64,000 nucleotides of DNA from Bacilli bacterium (GCA_051872335.1 JBJEDT010000041.1:147-64146), one strand, 5' to 3'; shown: positions 34,674 to 44,220, counted from the first letter of the stretch. Notes: generated by a model from the sequence alone, not told the origin. Translations and numbers: made by a program.

Positions 34674-35341
34674 TGAATAAGATATATTTATTAGGTGACT
34701 CTACTTGTCAAACTAATGGTGAAGATACATATCCTCAAACCGGGTGGGGACAACTTTTACAAGACTATGTTACTAAAGATTATAAAGTTATAAATTTAGC
34801 AAAAAACGGTAGATCAACTAAAAGTTTTATAGATGAAGGATTGTTTGAACCTTGCAAAAAGAAAATAAAAAAAAGTGATATTGTATTAATACAATTTGGC
34901 CACAATGATGAAAAAGAAGATTCTGAAAGACATACTGATCCTTTTACAACATATCAAGACAATTTAAATTATTTCATTGATATTATTGTTAAAAAAGGTG
35001 GCATTCCAGTTTTAGTATCATCTATATATCGTCGTCAATTTATAAGTGAGCATAAATTAGTAAAAAATACACATGGTTTGTATCCGCTAGCAATGAAGAA
35101 AGTAGCTAAAAAACGTAAAGTTATTTTTATTGATATGAATAAAATAACTTATCGTTGGTTACAAAGAATCGGTGATTCTAAATCGAAGCAATATTTTATG
35201 AATTTTGATTCAAATATATATTCAAATTATCCAGAAGGCAAACAAGATAATACTCATCTTCGTTATGAAGGTGCACAAATTATTTGTGAATTCATTGTTA
35301 AGAATTTAAAGAAAACTAAACTTAAAAAGATAATCAAATAA
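34673..35341 (+). CDS. SGNH/GDSL hydrolase (rhamnogalacturonan acetylesterase-like), no signal peptide
   Basis: Blocks 'IYLLGDSTC', 'GRSTKSF', 'FGHNDE' and 'DNTHL'. Confidence 0.8.
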   Translation: MNKIYLLGDSTCQTNGEDTYPQTGWGQLLQDYVTKDYKVINLAKNGRSTKSFIDEGLFEPCKKKIKKSDIVLIQFGHNDEKEDSERHTDPFTTYQDNLNYFIDIIVKKGGIPVLVSSIYRRQFISEHKLVKNTHGLYPLAMKKVAKKRKVIFIDMNKITYRWLQRIGDSKSKQYFMNFDSNIYSNYPEGKQDNTHLRYEGAQIICEFIVKNLKKTKLKKIIK

Positions 35342-35346
35342 ACGTA

Positions 35347-35378
35347 AAGGGCTTTCAAAAAGCTCTTTTATTTTTTTA
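35347..35378 (+). terminator. Imperfect hairpin plus T-run
   Basis: AGGGCTTT-CAAA-AAGCTCTT followed by TTATTTTTTT. Confidence 0.5.
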
Positions 35379-35452
35379 TCGAAATTTTAATCGAAAAAAC
35401 TTGTTTTTAAGGGTTCAAAATCATTGACTGACATTATTTAATATTTTAAAAT
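35379..35452 (+). promoter_or_regulatory. Two TCGAAA boxes and promoter TTGACT-17-TAAAAT
   Basis: TCGAAA lies at 35379 and 35391, TTGACT at 35424-35429 and TAAAAT at 35447-35452. Confidence 0.55.
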
Positions 35453-35477
35453 GATATCGGGAAAAAAGGAGAAAAAT

Positions 35478-37280
35478 ATGGATAAATTTGTTGTTAACAT
35501 TATTCATCGTCCTGAACTTTCACCTGAATATGCTGAAAAAGCTTTGGGTAAAGCAGAGGCAGTTCAAGACGAATCACTTGAAATTTTTAAATTTCAACAA
35601 GAAGCAGCTCATAAGAATGGTTTAAAGACAACTATTCAAATTACTTATGCATCTTTATTTTCAGATGTTATTGTTGAGTTAGCAAAACATGATCATGAAG
35701 TATATGGAGATGAAATCGGGTTATCTTTATTAGGATTACCATGTAAAGAATTTAGAGCCAAATATCACACTGAAGATTTCTGTATTTGGATGTTTTCAGA
35801 TGCTCAAAAAGAAGAAATTATTGATGATGTTTTCTCAATGTTCTATGAAAAATTTGGTTTCTATCCTGAATCAACAGGTAGTTATTTCTTAGATGCTTAT
35901 TCTATTAATTATATAAAAAGAAAATATCCTAGCGTAAAATGTGCTATTGCAACATGTTGGGAAGAAGGACCAAAAGCTTTCCATACTTGTAATAATTCTT
36001 GGTACACATTTATGGATGGTGGCCCATGGAATCCATGGATTCCTTCAAAAGTAAATTCACATTGTCCAGCTAAAGATGCTGATGATGATTCTGGAATTGT
36101 TGCTATTCCACATTTATCAAGAGACTTACTCGCATGCTTTGATGGTAATGGTTCTAATTTTGGTACTCATCCACAAAATGTTTTACGTGGAATGATATAT
36201 TATGATGATAATGGTCACATTGAATATCCTTATTTATATAATTTAGTTGATCAATATCGTCATTTAGGAAAATATAATGATGGTTATTCCTATAATATGA
36301 TGTTTGTTGGACCTGGATGGTTAAATAGAAAAGGTAGATGGGAATGTCCATATGAACTTTTAGCACAATCATATCAAGATGGTATGAAATATTATGGTTT
36401 ATTAAAGAAAAAAGGTGAACTTATTGATATGACTATGAGTGAGTTTGCTGATTTCTATAGAGAATGTCATCCAAACTATAATCGTGGTGAATGTGCATTA
36501 TGGAAAGATATTTTATATGGAAGTAATAAACAATATTTCTGGTATGCAGACCCATACTTTAGAACATGTCTTGATTTCAACCAAGGTGGAGCAATGATAG
36601 ACTTAAGACCATATGTAGCTCGTATTCCTCAAGAATGTGGCATTGGTACAGATAATGTTTATGATGCTTCTTATCCTTTCTTAATCCAAGCAAATTATAG
36701 AGCTGGTTATTTTACTCATTATGCTGGTGCAGGTACCGTTAAATCTTGTAAGGTTATTTATAAAGGTAGAGAGACCGATCTTTGTTTATGTAGAACAATG
36801 GCAAAATATGAAAAAGTTGATAATAAAGTAGTTATTACTGCTAATCCAGTAACTGTTACTTTAGAAGGATTAGATATCGAAATTCAATCTATCTTTACTT
36901 TTGAAGAAGGCTCTAGCTCTATTAAAGTAGAAAGAAATATTTTAAATGATTTACACGGAGAAGAAGTTGTATTAAAAGAATACTTCACTGGTGGATTTGG
37001 AACTGTTGAATATCAAAAAGATATGTCAAATCTAACTTTAGGTGTAGATGATGAAGAAATCAAATTTAGCTATTTAGGAAGAAAAGTAGTTAAAGAAAAT
37101 AGTAAAAAAGCATATGTAAATATTCCTGATGTTTTAACTCGAGTTGAACTAGAAGGAAATGCTGATAAATTAATGGTTGAAGAAGGAATTGCATTCTCAC
37201 CTGTTTATCATTTAGCAGCTGAAAAGAAATTATCAAAAGGAGGTCTTACAACATGTCTCAATCTAGTAAAGGCAAATTAA
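35478..37280 (+). CDS. Uncharacterised 600-aa cytoplasmic protein in the galactan locus (candidate carbohydrate-active enzyme)
   Basis: ATG 35478 follows AAAAGGAG. It is a long, well-behaved ORF with no signal peptide and no motif I can name. Confidence 0.6.
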   Translation: MDKFVVNIIHRPELSPEYAEKALGKAEAVQDESLEIFKFQQEAAHKNGLKTTIQITYASLFSDVIVELAKHDHEVYGDEIGLSLLGLPCKEFRAKYHTEDFCIWMFSDAQKEEIIDDVFSMFYEKFGFYPESTGSYFLDAYSINYIKRKYPSVKCAIATCWEEGPKAFHTCNNSWYTFMDGGPWNPWIPSKVNSHCPAKDADDDSGIVAIPHLSRDLLACFDGNGSNFGTHPQNVLRGMIYYDDNGHIEYPYLYNLVDQYRHLGKYNDGYSYNMMFVGPGWLNRKGRWECPYELLAQSYQDGMKYYGLLKKKGELIDMTMSEFADFYRECHPNYNRGECALWKDILYGSNKQYFWYADPYFRTCLDFNQGGAMIDLRPYVARIPQECGIGTDNVYDASYPFLIQANYRAGYFTHYAGAGTVKSCKVIYKGRETDLCLCRTMAKYEKVDNKVVITANPVTVTLEGLDIEIQSIFTFEEGSSSIKVERNILNDLHGEEVVLKEYFTGGFGTVEYQKDMSNLTLGVDDEEIKFSYLGRKVVKENSKKAYVNIPDVLTRVELEGNADKLMVEEGIAFSPVYHLAAEKKLSKGGLTTCLNLVKAN

Positions 37281-37513
37281 ACTTCCGTTGTCCATCATGT
37301 TTTATGCGTGATATTGACATGGATATGTTTTATGACGAAGAAAAGAAAGAATATTATTGCTTAAGATGTGGCTTCACAGGCGATGAGGCACATGTTTTAA
37401 AAATGAATGAACAAGCAAAATATCGTTATAAAGCAATGAAAAAAAGAGTTGTTGATTTTAACGATGATAACAAACCTCTTATTATGGAAGACCATAAGAA
37501 AGGAAATATGTAA
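37253..37513 (+). CDS. Small zinc-ribbon protein (86 aa)
   Basis: 'CPSC...(20)...CLRCG'. It is translationally coupled on both sides: a 28-nt overlap upstream and a TAATG overlap downstream. Confidence 0.6.
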   Translation: MSQSSKGKLNFRCPSCFMRDIDMDMFYDEEKKEYYCLRCGFTGDEAHVLKMNEQAKYRYKAMKKRVVDFNDDNKPLIMEDHKKGNM

Positions 37514-38631
37514 TGATTTTAGGAATTGATGTCTCAACTTACTTTGAAGAAGAAAAGGCCCATGCAAAGTATTTGGATAATGGAAAAGAAATTTTTCCAT
37601 TGGATTTATTTAGAAATAATGGTGTTGAATATATGCGTATTCGTTTATGGAATAATCCATATAGTGAAGAAGGAGAACCATATTTAGCTGGAACTTGCGA
37701 TTTTGATAATTTTATTAAACTTGCAAAACTTGCTCAAAGTAAAGGTTACAAAATAGTTTTAGATTTCCATTATTCTGATTTTTGGGCTGATCCTGGTAAA
37801 CAAATGTTACCTAAAGAATGGGCTAATTTAACATTAGAAGAAGTAGAAGATAAATTATATAATTTCACTAAAGATACACTTATTAAAGCTAAACAAGAAG
37901 GCATTGAAATTCCTTTTACTCAAATCGGAAATGAGATTACCAATGGCATGTGCTGGCCACTTGGTAAACTCATTGAAAATGAGGAAGGACAAGTAAGAGG
38001 TAATTATGAGGGATTAACAACTTTATTAAAAGCAGGCATTAAAGCTGCTAAAGAAGTATATAGTGATATTAAAATCATCCTTCATTTAGAAAGAAGTTAT
38101 GATCAAAATGTTTATCATGAATTCTTTTCGCAAATGGAAAAGTTCAATGTTCCTTACGATATTATCGGTGCATCGTATTATCCTTATTGGCATGGTACTT
38201 TCGATCAATTTTTTGCAAATATGAATATGTGCAAAGAAACATTTAAAAAAGATATTATGGTTATGGAACTTGGATATGGTTTTACTTTAGAAGATTATAT
38301 CCAAACAAATAATGGAACTTGTCAATTAGTAATTAATGATCAATCTTTAAGTACTACTAATTTCAATAAACCATATCCTTTAACTAAAGAGGGGCAAGCT
38401 CAATTTATTAAAGAATTCTTATCTTTAGCAAAAAAGAATGGTATAAAAGGAGTTTTCTATTGGGAACCAATGTGGATTCCTGGAGAAAATATTTGCTGGG
38501 CATCACCAGCAGGTCAAAAATACATTCATGAAGAAGGTAAATCCACACGTAATGAATGGGCTAACCAATGCCTATTTGGATACGATGGAGAAAAATTACC
38601 TTCATTTAATGAATATAAAAATCTCGAATAA
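37513..38631 (+). CDS. GH53 endo-beta-1,4-galactanase homologue without signal peptide
   Basis: 'GIDVS..', 'GVEYMRIRLWNNP', 'FHYSDFWADPGKQ', 'IGNEITNG', 'YYPYWHG' and 'VMELGY'. It parallels the secreted paralogue at 45933-47966. Confidence 0.85.
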   Translation: MILGIDVSTYFEEEKAHAKYLDNGKEIFPLDLFRNNGVEYMRIRLWNNPYSEEGEPYLAGTCDFDNFIKLAKLAQSKGYKIVLDFHYSDFWADPGKQMLPKEWANLTLEEVEDKLYNFTKDTLIKAKQEGIEIPFTQIGNEITNGMCWPLGKLIENEEGQVRGNYEGLTTLLKAGIKAAKEVYSDIKIILHLERSYDQNVYHEFFSQMEKFNVPYDIIGASYYPYWHGTFDQFFANMNMCKETFKKDIMVMELGYGFTLEDYIQTNNGTCQLVINDQSLSTTNFNKPYPLTKEGQAQFIKEFLSLAKKNGIKGVFYWEPMWIPGENICWASPAGQKYIHEEGKSTRNEWANQCLFGYDGEKLPSFNEYKNLE

Positions 38632-38707
38632 TTTCGAATAATTTCGAAAATTATAGATTTCGTTCTTTTTCAAAATTGATTGACAACTAAATTAATACGA
38701 TTATAAT
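38624..38707 (+). promoter_or_regulatory. Tandem 10-nt TCGAATAATT repeats (three and a half copies) and promoter TTGACA-16-TATAAT
   Basis: TCGAATAATT lies at 38624, TCGAATAATT at 38634, TCGAAAATTA at 38644 and TTTCGTT at 38658-38664. TTGACA is at 38680-38685 and TATAAT at 38702-38707. Confidence 0.6.
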
Positions 38708-38780
38708 TAAGATATAAGCATTTTATATTTTATAAAATGTGAAAAAATTTTCATAATTAAATACAGAAAAGGAGAAGAGT

Positions 38781-40349
38781 ATGAAAAGAAAATTTATATT
38801 GGGAGTTTCTGCATTGCTTGTCATGGGAGCGCTTACAGGATGTGGAGACAAATCAACTGACGATCCAGCAAACGATAACCCATTAGCTGGTACTTATGAT
38901 GTTAAAGTATGGGTTTCAGAAGTTGCAGGTGTTAAAGAATTAACAGAAAGCCAAATTGATGCTTTCGAAGCAGCTAACCCTGGCGTTGTTATCAATGCAC
39001 AAGTAGATGGATTAAGTGAAGCTGATTCAGCTACAACAATGATTCAAGACGTTGAAAGTGGAGCAGATGTATTCTGTTTTGCTCAAGACCAATTATCAAG
39101 ACTTGTTCAAGCAGGTGCTTTAAACCCATTAGGTGAAGCAACAGCAGCTACAGTTACAGAAATGAACGATGCTGGTGCTGTAAAAGCAGCTACAGTTAAT
39201 AACAAACTATACTGCTATCCATTAACAAGTGATAATGGTTACTTTATGTTCTATGATAAGAGTGTTGTTAAAGAAGAACACTTAGATTCATTAGAAGATA
39301 TTTTGGCAGACTGTGAAGCAGCTGGTAAAATGTTCTCATTTGAAGCTGAAACATCAGGTTGGTACAATGCATCATGGTTCTTTGCAACAGGTTGTCATTC
39401 AAATTGGACAACAAATGATAAAGGTGCATTTACAGCAGTTGATGATACATTTAATTCAGCAAATGGCTTAATTGCTTTAAAAGGTATGCAAAAATTATTA
39501 AAATCAAGTGCATATGTAAGCTCAAGTGCTGCTGCTGACTTCAGTGCTGCTACACCTTCAGCAGTTGTAATCTCAGGTACATGGGCTACAAATACAGTTA
39601 AAGAAGCTTTAGGTGAAAACTATGCTGCTACTGATCTTCCTTCATTTACAGTTGATGGAACTTCATATCACTTAGGATCATTCTCAGGTAATAAATTATT
39701 AGGTGTTAAACCACAAGTTGACAATAAGAAAGCAGCTGTATTACAAAAATTAGCTCTTTACTTAACAGGTCAAGAATGTCAAGAACAAAGATTTGATGAA
39801 TTTGGTTGGGGACCTTCAAATAAAGTTGCTCAATCAAGTGATGCTGTTCAAGCTGACGAAGCTTTATCAGCTTTAGCTAAACAAAGTGAATATGCAGTAC
39901 CACAAGGACAAATCCATGGTTCATGGTGGGATATTGCTAAAACATATGCTACAGCAGCTAAAACAGCTGAATTAAATGATACAGTAGCATTACAAGCAGC
40001 TTTAGATGCTTATAAAGCAGCTATTGATGGCTTATTCTCAATGTCAGAAGAAGAAAAGAATGCATTTACTGTTATCGGTAGTTTCGCTGGTGTAAATGCT
40101 TGGAAAGATGATGTTGAAATGGAAGAAGTTTCAACTGGTGTCTGGACAACAAAAGAAGCTATCACATTTGCTGAAAATGATGAATTCAAAGTAAGACAAG
40201 GTAAATCATGGGATGTAGCATTTGGTGATGGAACTGGCAATTTCAAAATTACTGCTGAAAATGCAGGTACATGGTATGTAAAATTTGTTTTTGATAGCGA
40301 AGCAAAAACAGGTGTTATATCTTTAGTAGCTGAAAAGCCTGCTGCATAA
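38781..40349 (+). CDS. Oligosaccharide-binding lipoprotein (MalE/CycB/GanS-like) with an extra ~90-aa C-terminal beta-rich module
   Basis: Lipobox 'GALTGC' and a family-1 solute-binding-protein-like body. The tail 'FTVIGSFAGVNAWKDDVEMEEVSTGVWTT...EFKVRQGKSWDVAFG' looks like a carbohydrate-binding module. Confidence 0.8.
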   Translation: MKRKFILGVSALLVMGALTGCGDKSTDDPANDNPLAGTYDVKVWVSEVAGVKELTESQIDAFEAANPGVVINAQVDGLSEADSATTMIQDVESGADVFCFAQDQLSRLVQAGALNPLGEATAATVTEMNDAGAVKAATVNNKLYCYPLTSDNGYFMFYDKSVVKEEHLDSLEDILADCEAAGKMFSFEAETSGWYNASWFFATGCHSNWTTNDKGAFTAVDDTFNSANGLIALKGMQKLLKSSAYVSSSAAADFSAATPSAVVISGTWATNTVKEALGENYAATDLPSFTVDGTSYHLGSFSGNKLLGVKPQVDNKKAAVLQKLALYLTGQECQEQRFDEFGWGPSNKVAQSSDAVQADEALSALAKQSEYAVPQGQIHGSWWDIAKTYATAAKTAELNDTVALQAALDAYKAAIDGLFSMSEEEKNAFTVIGSFAGVNAWKDDVEMEEVSTGVWTTKEAITFAENDEFKVRQGKSWDVAFGDGTGNFKITAENAGTWYVKFVFDSEAKTGVISLVAEKPAA

Positions 40350-40457
40350 TTAAATTTCTATTTAGTATAGCAACAGTTGTTAATTATTTATATAGTCTAA
40401 ATAGACATGTAAAAATACAATTCTAGTTTTAGATATATTAATAAAATAAAAAATAGC

Positions 40458-40496
40458 AAGTAGGTTGCGGCCATTAAGCTTCAACCTACTTTTATT
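40458..40496 (+). terminator. Hairpin plus T-tract after the binding-protein gene
   Basis: AAGTAGGTTG-loop-CAACCTACTT followed by TTATT. Confidence 0.65.
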
Positions 40497-40514
40497 CAAA
40501 ATAAGGAGCAAAAT

Positions 40515-42047
40515 ATGGAAAAACTATCAGATTTAGAATATTTAAAGCTCGGCAAATTTCATAGATTCTTTTATAAGATAGGATACTTTTTCCAAACTTT
40601 ACCACGCAGATTAGGCAGATGGTTTAAGAAGTTAGGCAAAAAAATTGTCAAAGGATTTGTTGCAATCGGTCATTTCTTTAGAGACTTAGGAACTACTTTT
40701 GTTAAAGGGTCCATTCCTACTAAAATATCTTACCTTATAATGGGAACTGGTAATATTGCACGTGGGCAAGTACTAAGAGGCTTATTCTTTTTGGTATTCC
40801 AAGTAGTCTTTATACTTTATATGGTATTTACAGGAGGCTATTGGTTAGGAAAGTTTGATAATCTTGGTGATGTAGCTGCGCATATGGAACTCGATCCAAT
40901 TTTGGATGTTTATGTACAAGTTCCTGGTGACGACTCATTTAAAATCCTATTGTATGGATTATTAACAATTTTATTTATTATCGCATTTATTTATACTTGG
41001 TATTTAAATATTAAACAAAATCGCATTTTGGACAAAATCGTCGCTTCAGGCAAGAAAGTCAAGAGTGGCAAAGACGATTTAAAATCATTAGTGGATGATC
41101 AATTCCACAAAACATTATTAGCTTTACCTGTTACAGGTATTTTGCTATTTACAGTTTTACCAATGATCTTTATGATTTTGGTAGCTTTCACAAATTATGA
41201 TGCTAATCATGATGGCTATAGTAATTTATTTACTTGGGTTGGCTTAGACAACTTTAATGAATTGTTATCTTGGAATTCAGGATCGAACAACTTATCAGCT
41301 GCTTTCGGCGAAATTCTTGGATGGACAGTTATTTGGGCAATTTTTGCAACTTTTACAAACTACTTCCTAGGTATGTTTGTAGCTATTATGATTAATAAAA
41401 AAGGAATTCGTTTGAAAAAAATTTGGAGAGGTATATTAGTTTTAACTATTGCTATTCCTCAATTTGTTTCATTATTATATGTTTCAAAAATGTTTGCTAC
41501 TAATGGTCTTGTAAATGGACTATTAGTACAACTTAATATTATTGATTATGCGCATTTAATTAGGTTCTGGGAAGTTCCAAATTTAGCACGTGCAATGGTA
41601 ATTATTATTAATATTTGGATTGGTATTCCATACTTAATGTTAATGGCAACAGGTGTTTTAATGAATATTCCTCAAGACTTATATGAGTCTTCAGTTATCG
41701 ATGGTGCAAGTACTTGGCAACAATTTGCTAGAATTACTCTACCATATATGTTATTTGTTACGGGTCCATATTTATTAACAAGCTTTACAGGTAACTTCAA
41801 TAACTTCAATGTTATTTATTTATTAACAGGTGGTGGACCAACAAACCCTGCATTATTAACAAGCGGTGGTTCTGCTGGTTACACTGATTTATTAATTACA
41901 TGGTTATTTAATATTACTACTGGTGCAACAAGTAACTATAAACTTGCTTCTGTTATCGGTATTATGATCTTCGTTGTCATTTCATTGATTTCATTAATAG
42001 TTTATAACTTGATGCCTTCTAATAAGAATGAGGAGGATTATGCATAA
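40515..42047 (+). CDS. Maltodextrin/galacto-oligosaccharide ABC permease (MalF/GanP-like)
   Basis: 510 aa with an extended N-terminus and EAA loop 'YESSVIDGASTWQQFARITLPYM'. Confidence 0.85.
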   Translation: MEKLSDLEYLKLGKFHRFFYKIGYFFQTLPRRLGRWFKKLGKKIVKGFVAIGHFFRDLGTTFVKGSIPTKISYLIMGTGNIARGQVLRGLFFLVFQVVFILYMVFTGGYWLGKFDNLGDVAAHMELDPILDVYVQVPGDDSFKILLYGLLTILFIIAFIYTWYLNIKQNRILDKIVASGKKVKSGKDDLKSLVDDQFHKTLLALPVTGILLFTVLPMIFMILVAFTNYDANHDGYSNLFTWVGLDNFNELLSWNSGSNNLSAAFGEILGWTVIWAIFATFTNYFLGMFVAIMINKKGIRLKKIWRGILVLTIAIPQFVSLLYVSKMFATNGLVNGLLVQLNIIDYAHLIRFWEVPNLARAMVIIINIWIGIPYLMLMATGVLMNIPQDLYESSVIDGASTWQQFARITLPYMLFVTGPYLLTSFTGNFNNFNVIYLLTGGGPTNPALLTSGGSAGYTDLLITWLFNITTGATSNYKLASVIGIMIFVVISLISLIVYNLMPSNKNEEDYA

Positions 42048-42919
42048 TGGCTGAACAAAAATTAAAAAGACATATGAGTATGTCCTCCAAAAACGCAATT
42101 TCTAATACATTTATTTATATATTATTAGTAATTATGAGCGTTGTTTGGTTATTACCATTTATCTTTATTTTATTTGAATCTTTCCGTGTCGAATGTACAT
42201 ACCAAGTAGGTTATGTTATTCCTAAACAATGGGGATTCGATAATTACGTTAATTTATTTAAGGGAGATTTTCCTAGATGGTATTTAAACACATTGATTAT
42301 TGCAGTTTTTGTTGCTATATTCCAAACAATCTTTGTATTATCAATGAGTTATACTTTATCAAGATTAAGATTTAAGGGACGTAAATTTTTAATGAACTTT
42401 ATGTTAATATTAGGTATGTTCCCTGGATTCTTATCAATGATACTTTTATATAAAGTATTGAGTTGGGTTGGTATGACCAATGCAAACTCTGTGCCAGGGT
42501 TGATTTTAGTTTCAGTAGCTAGTTCTGGTATGGGATATTATGTATCTAAAGGTTTCTTTGATACTATTCCAAAGTCACTGGATGAAGCAGCACGTGTAGA
42601 TGGTGCTACTAGATTCCAAGTATTTTACAAAGTTATTATGCCTTTATCAAAACCAATTATTATCTATACAATTCTAACAGCTTTCATGGCACCTTGGGGA
42701 GATTTCATGTTTGCAAAAATTGTTGCTCATGGTACAAGTAAAGGTATGAACGTCGCTGCTGGTTTACAAAATATGATTTCTACACCACAATCATTAGCAG
42801 CTAATTATACACAATTCTGTGCTGGTGGTGTAGTTGTTGCAATACCTATTACAATCTTATTCATGTTCTTGCAAAGATACTATGTTGAAGGTGTTACAGG
42901 TGGAGCTGTCAAAGGATAG
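42047..42919 (+). CDS. ABC permease (MalG/GanQ-like)
   Basis: 290 aa with EAA loop 'DEAARVDGATRFQVFYKVIMPL'. Confidence 0.85.
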   Translation: MAEQKLKRHMSMSSKNAISNTFIYILLVIMSVVWLLPFIFILFESFRVECTYQVGYVIPKQWGFDNYVNLFKGDFPRWYLNTLIIAVFVAIFQTIFVLSMSYTLSRLRFKGRKFLMNFMLILGMFPGFLSMILLYKVLSWVGMTNANSVPGLILVSVASSGMGYYVSKGFFDTIPKSLDEAARVDGATRFQVFYKVIMPLSKPIIIYTILTAFMAPWGDFMFAKIVAHGTSKGMNVAAGLQNMISTPQSLAANYTQFCAGGVVVAIPITILFMFLQRYYVEGVTGGAVKG

Positions 42920-42930
42920 GAGAAGAATTT

Positions 42931-44145
42931 ATGGCTGGTATAAAATTTACAAACGTTAGAAAAGTTTATGATAAAAGTGTCGTTGCTGTTCAAGATTTTA
43001 ACCTTGAAGTAGCAGATAAAGAATTCGTTGTATTCGTCGGTCCTTCTGGCTGTGGTAAATCTACAACACTTAGAATGCTTGCAGGACTTGAAGAAATTAC
43101 TGATGGTACAATTGAAATTGATGGAGAAGTAGTTAATGATTTACAACCAAGAGATAGAAATATCGCTATGGTCTTCCAAAACTACGCTTTGTATCCACAT
43201 TTAACAGTTTTCGAAAATATGGCTTTCAGCTTACGTATTAAAAAACAAGCAGTTGAAAGAGTCGTAACTGATAAAGATGGAAATCCAAAATTAGACAAAA
43301 ACGGTAATCCTGTTATTGCTATCGATTACAAAAAGATGCCTGAAGAAGAAATCTATAGAAGAGTTACTGAGGCAGCTGAAGTATTAGGTATTACTGATTT
43401 ATTAACTCGTAAACCAAGAGCTTTATCTGGTGGTCAAAGACAACGTGTTGCTATTGGTAGAGCTATGGTTAGAGATTCTAAAGTATTCTTAATGGACGAA
43501 CCATTAAGTAACTTAGATGCTAAATTACGTAACCAAATGAGAGCTGAAATCATTTTATTACGTAAGAAAATTAATACAACATTTATTTATGTTACTCACG
43601 ACCAAACTGAAGCTATGACTTTAGGTGATCGTATTGTAATTATGAAAGATGGCTTCATTAAACAAGTTGGTACTCCTGTAGAAGTATTTGATCATCCAGC
43701 AAACTTATTTGTTGCTGAATTTATCGGTGCTCCTAAAATGAATACATTCAGTGCTCATTTATCTAGAGAAAACGGAAGATACTATGTAAAAGCTTTTGAT
43801 AGCAAGATTGAAGTCGATGGATTAAAAGGCCAACAATTAAAAGACTTAAATATTGCTGATAGAGATGTTATCTTAGGTGTCCGACCAGAACATATTGTAT
43901 TAAAAGATCAAGCTGCTCAAGATACAATTGAATGTAGAGTTCTTGTTAACGAAATGATGGGTAGTGAATTACATCTTCACGTAGTTACAAAAGATGAAAG
44001 GGAATTAATTGTTAGAGTACCTACAATTAACTTAACTCCATATCAAAGAGAGAATTTAAGATATGGATCAATTATCAATATCACATTTGAAGGAAGAGTA
44101 ATGCATTTCTTCGATAAAGATACTGAAGAAAATTTGATTAAATAA
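42931..44145 (+). CDS. Sugar ABC ATP-binding protein (MsmK/MalK type) with a 29-aa insertion
   Basis: GPSGCGKST, LSGGQRQRVAIGRAM and FLMDEPLSNLD. The insertion 'QAVERVVTDKDGNPKLDKNGNPVIAIDYK' is absent from both in-window paralogues. Confidence 0.9.
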   Translation: MAGIKFTNVRKVYDKSVVAVQDFNLEVADKEFVVFVGPSGCGKSTTLRMLAGLEEITDGTIEIDGEVVNDLQPRDRNIAMVFQNYALYPHLTVFENMAFSLRIKKQAVERVVTDKDGNPKLDKNGNPVIAIDYKKMPEEEIYRRVTEAAEVLGITDLLTRKPRALSGGQRQRVAIGRAMVRDSKVFLMDEPLSNLDAKLRNQMRAEIILLRKKINTTFIYVTHDQTEAMTLGDRIVIMKDGFIKQVGTPVEVFDHPANLFVAEFIGAPKMNTFSAHLSRENGRYYVKAFDSKIEVDGLKGQQLKDLNIADRDVILGVRPEHIVLKDQAAQDTIECRVLVNEMMGSELHLHVVTKDERELIVRVPTINLTPYQRENLRYGSIINITFEGRVMHFFDKDTEENLIK

Positions 44146-44169
44146 AAACCTATTTTGCTCATATAAAAT

Positions 44170-44208
44170 AAAGCCTCTTAGGATTATCCTAAGGGGCTTT
44201 ATTATTAA
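44170..44208 (+). terminator. Rho-independent terminator
   Basis: 13-bp stem AAAGCCTCTTAGG / CCTAAGGGGCTTT followed by a T-rich tract. Confidence 0.7.
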
Positions 44209-44220
44209 TTTAAGACCATA

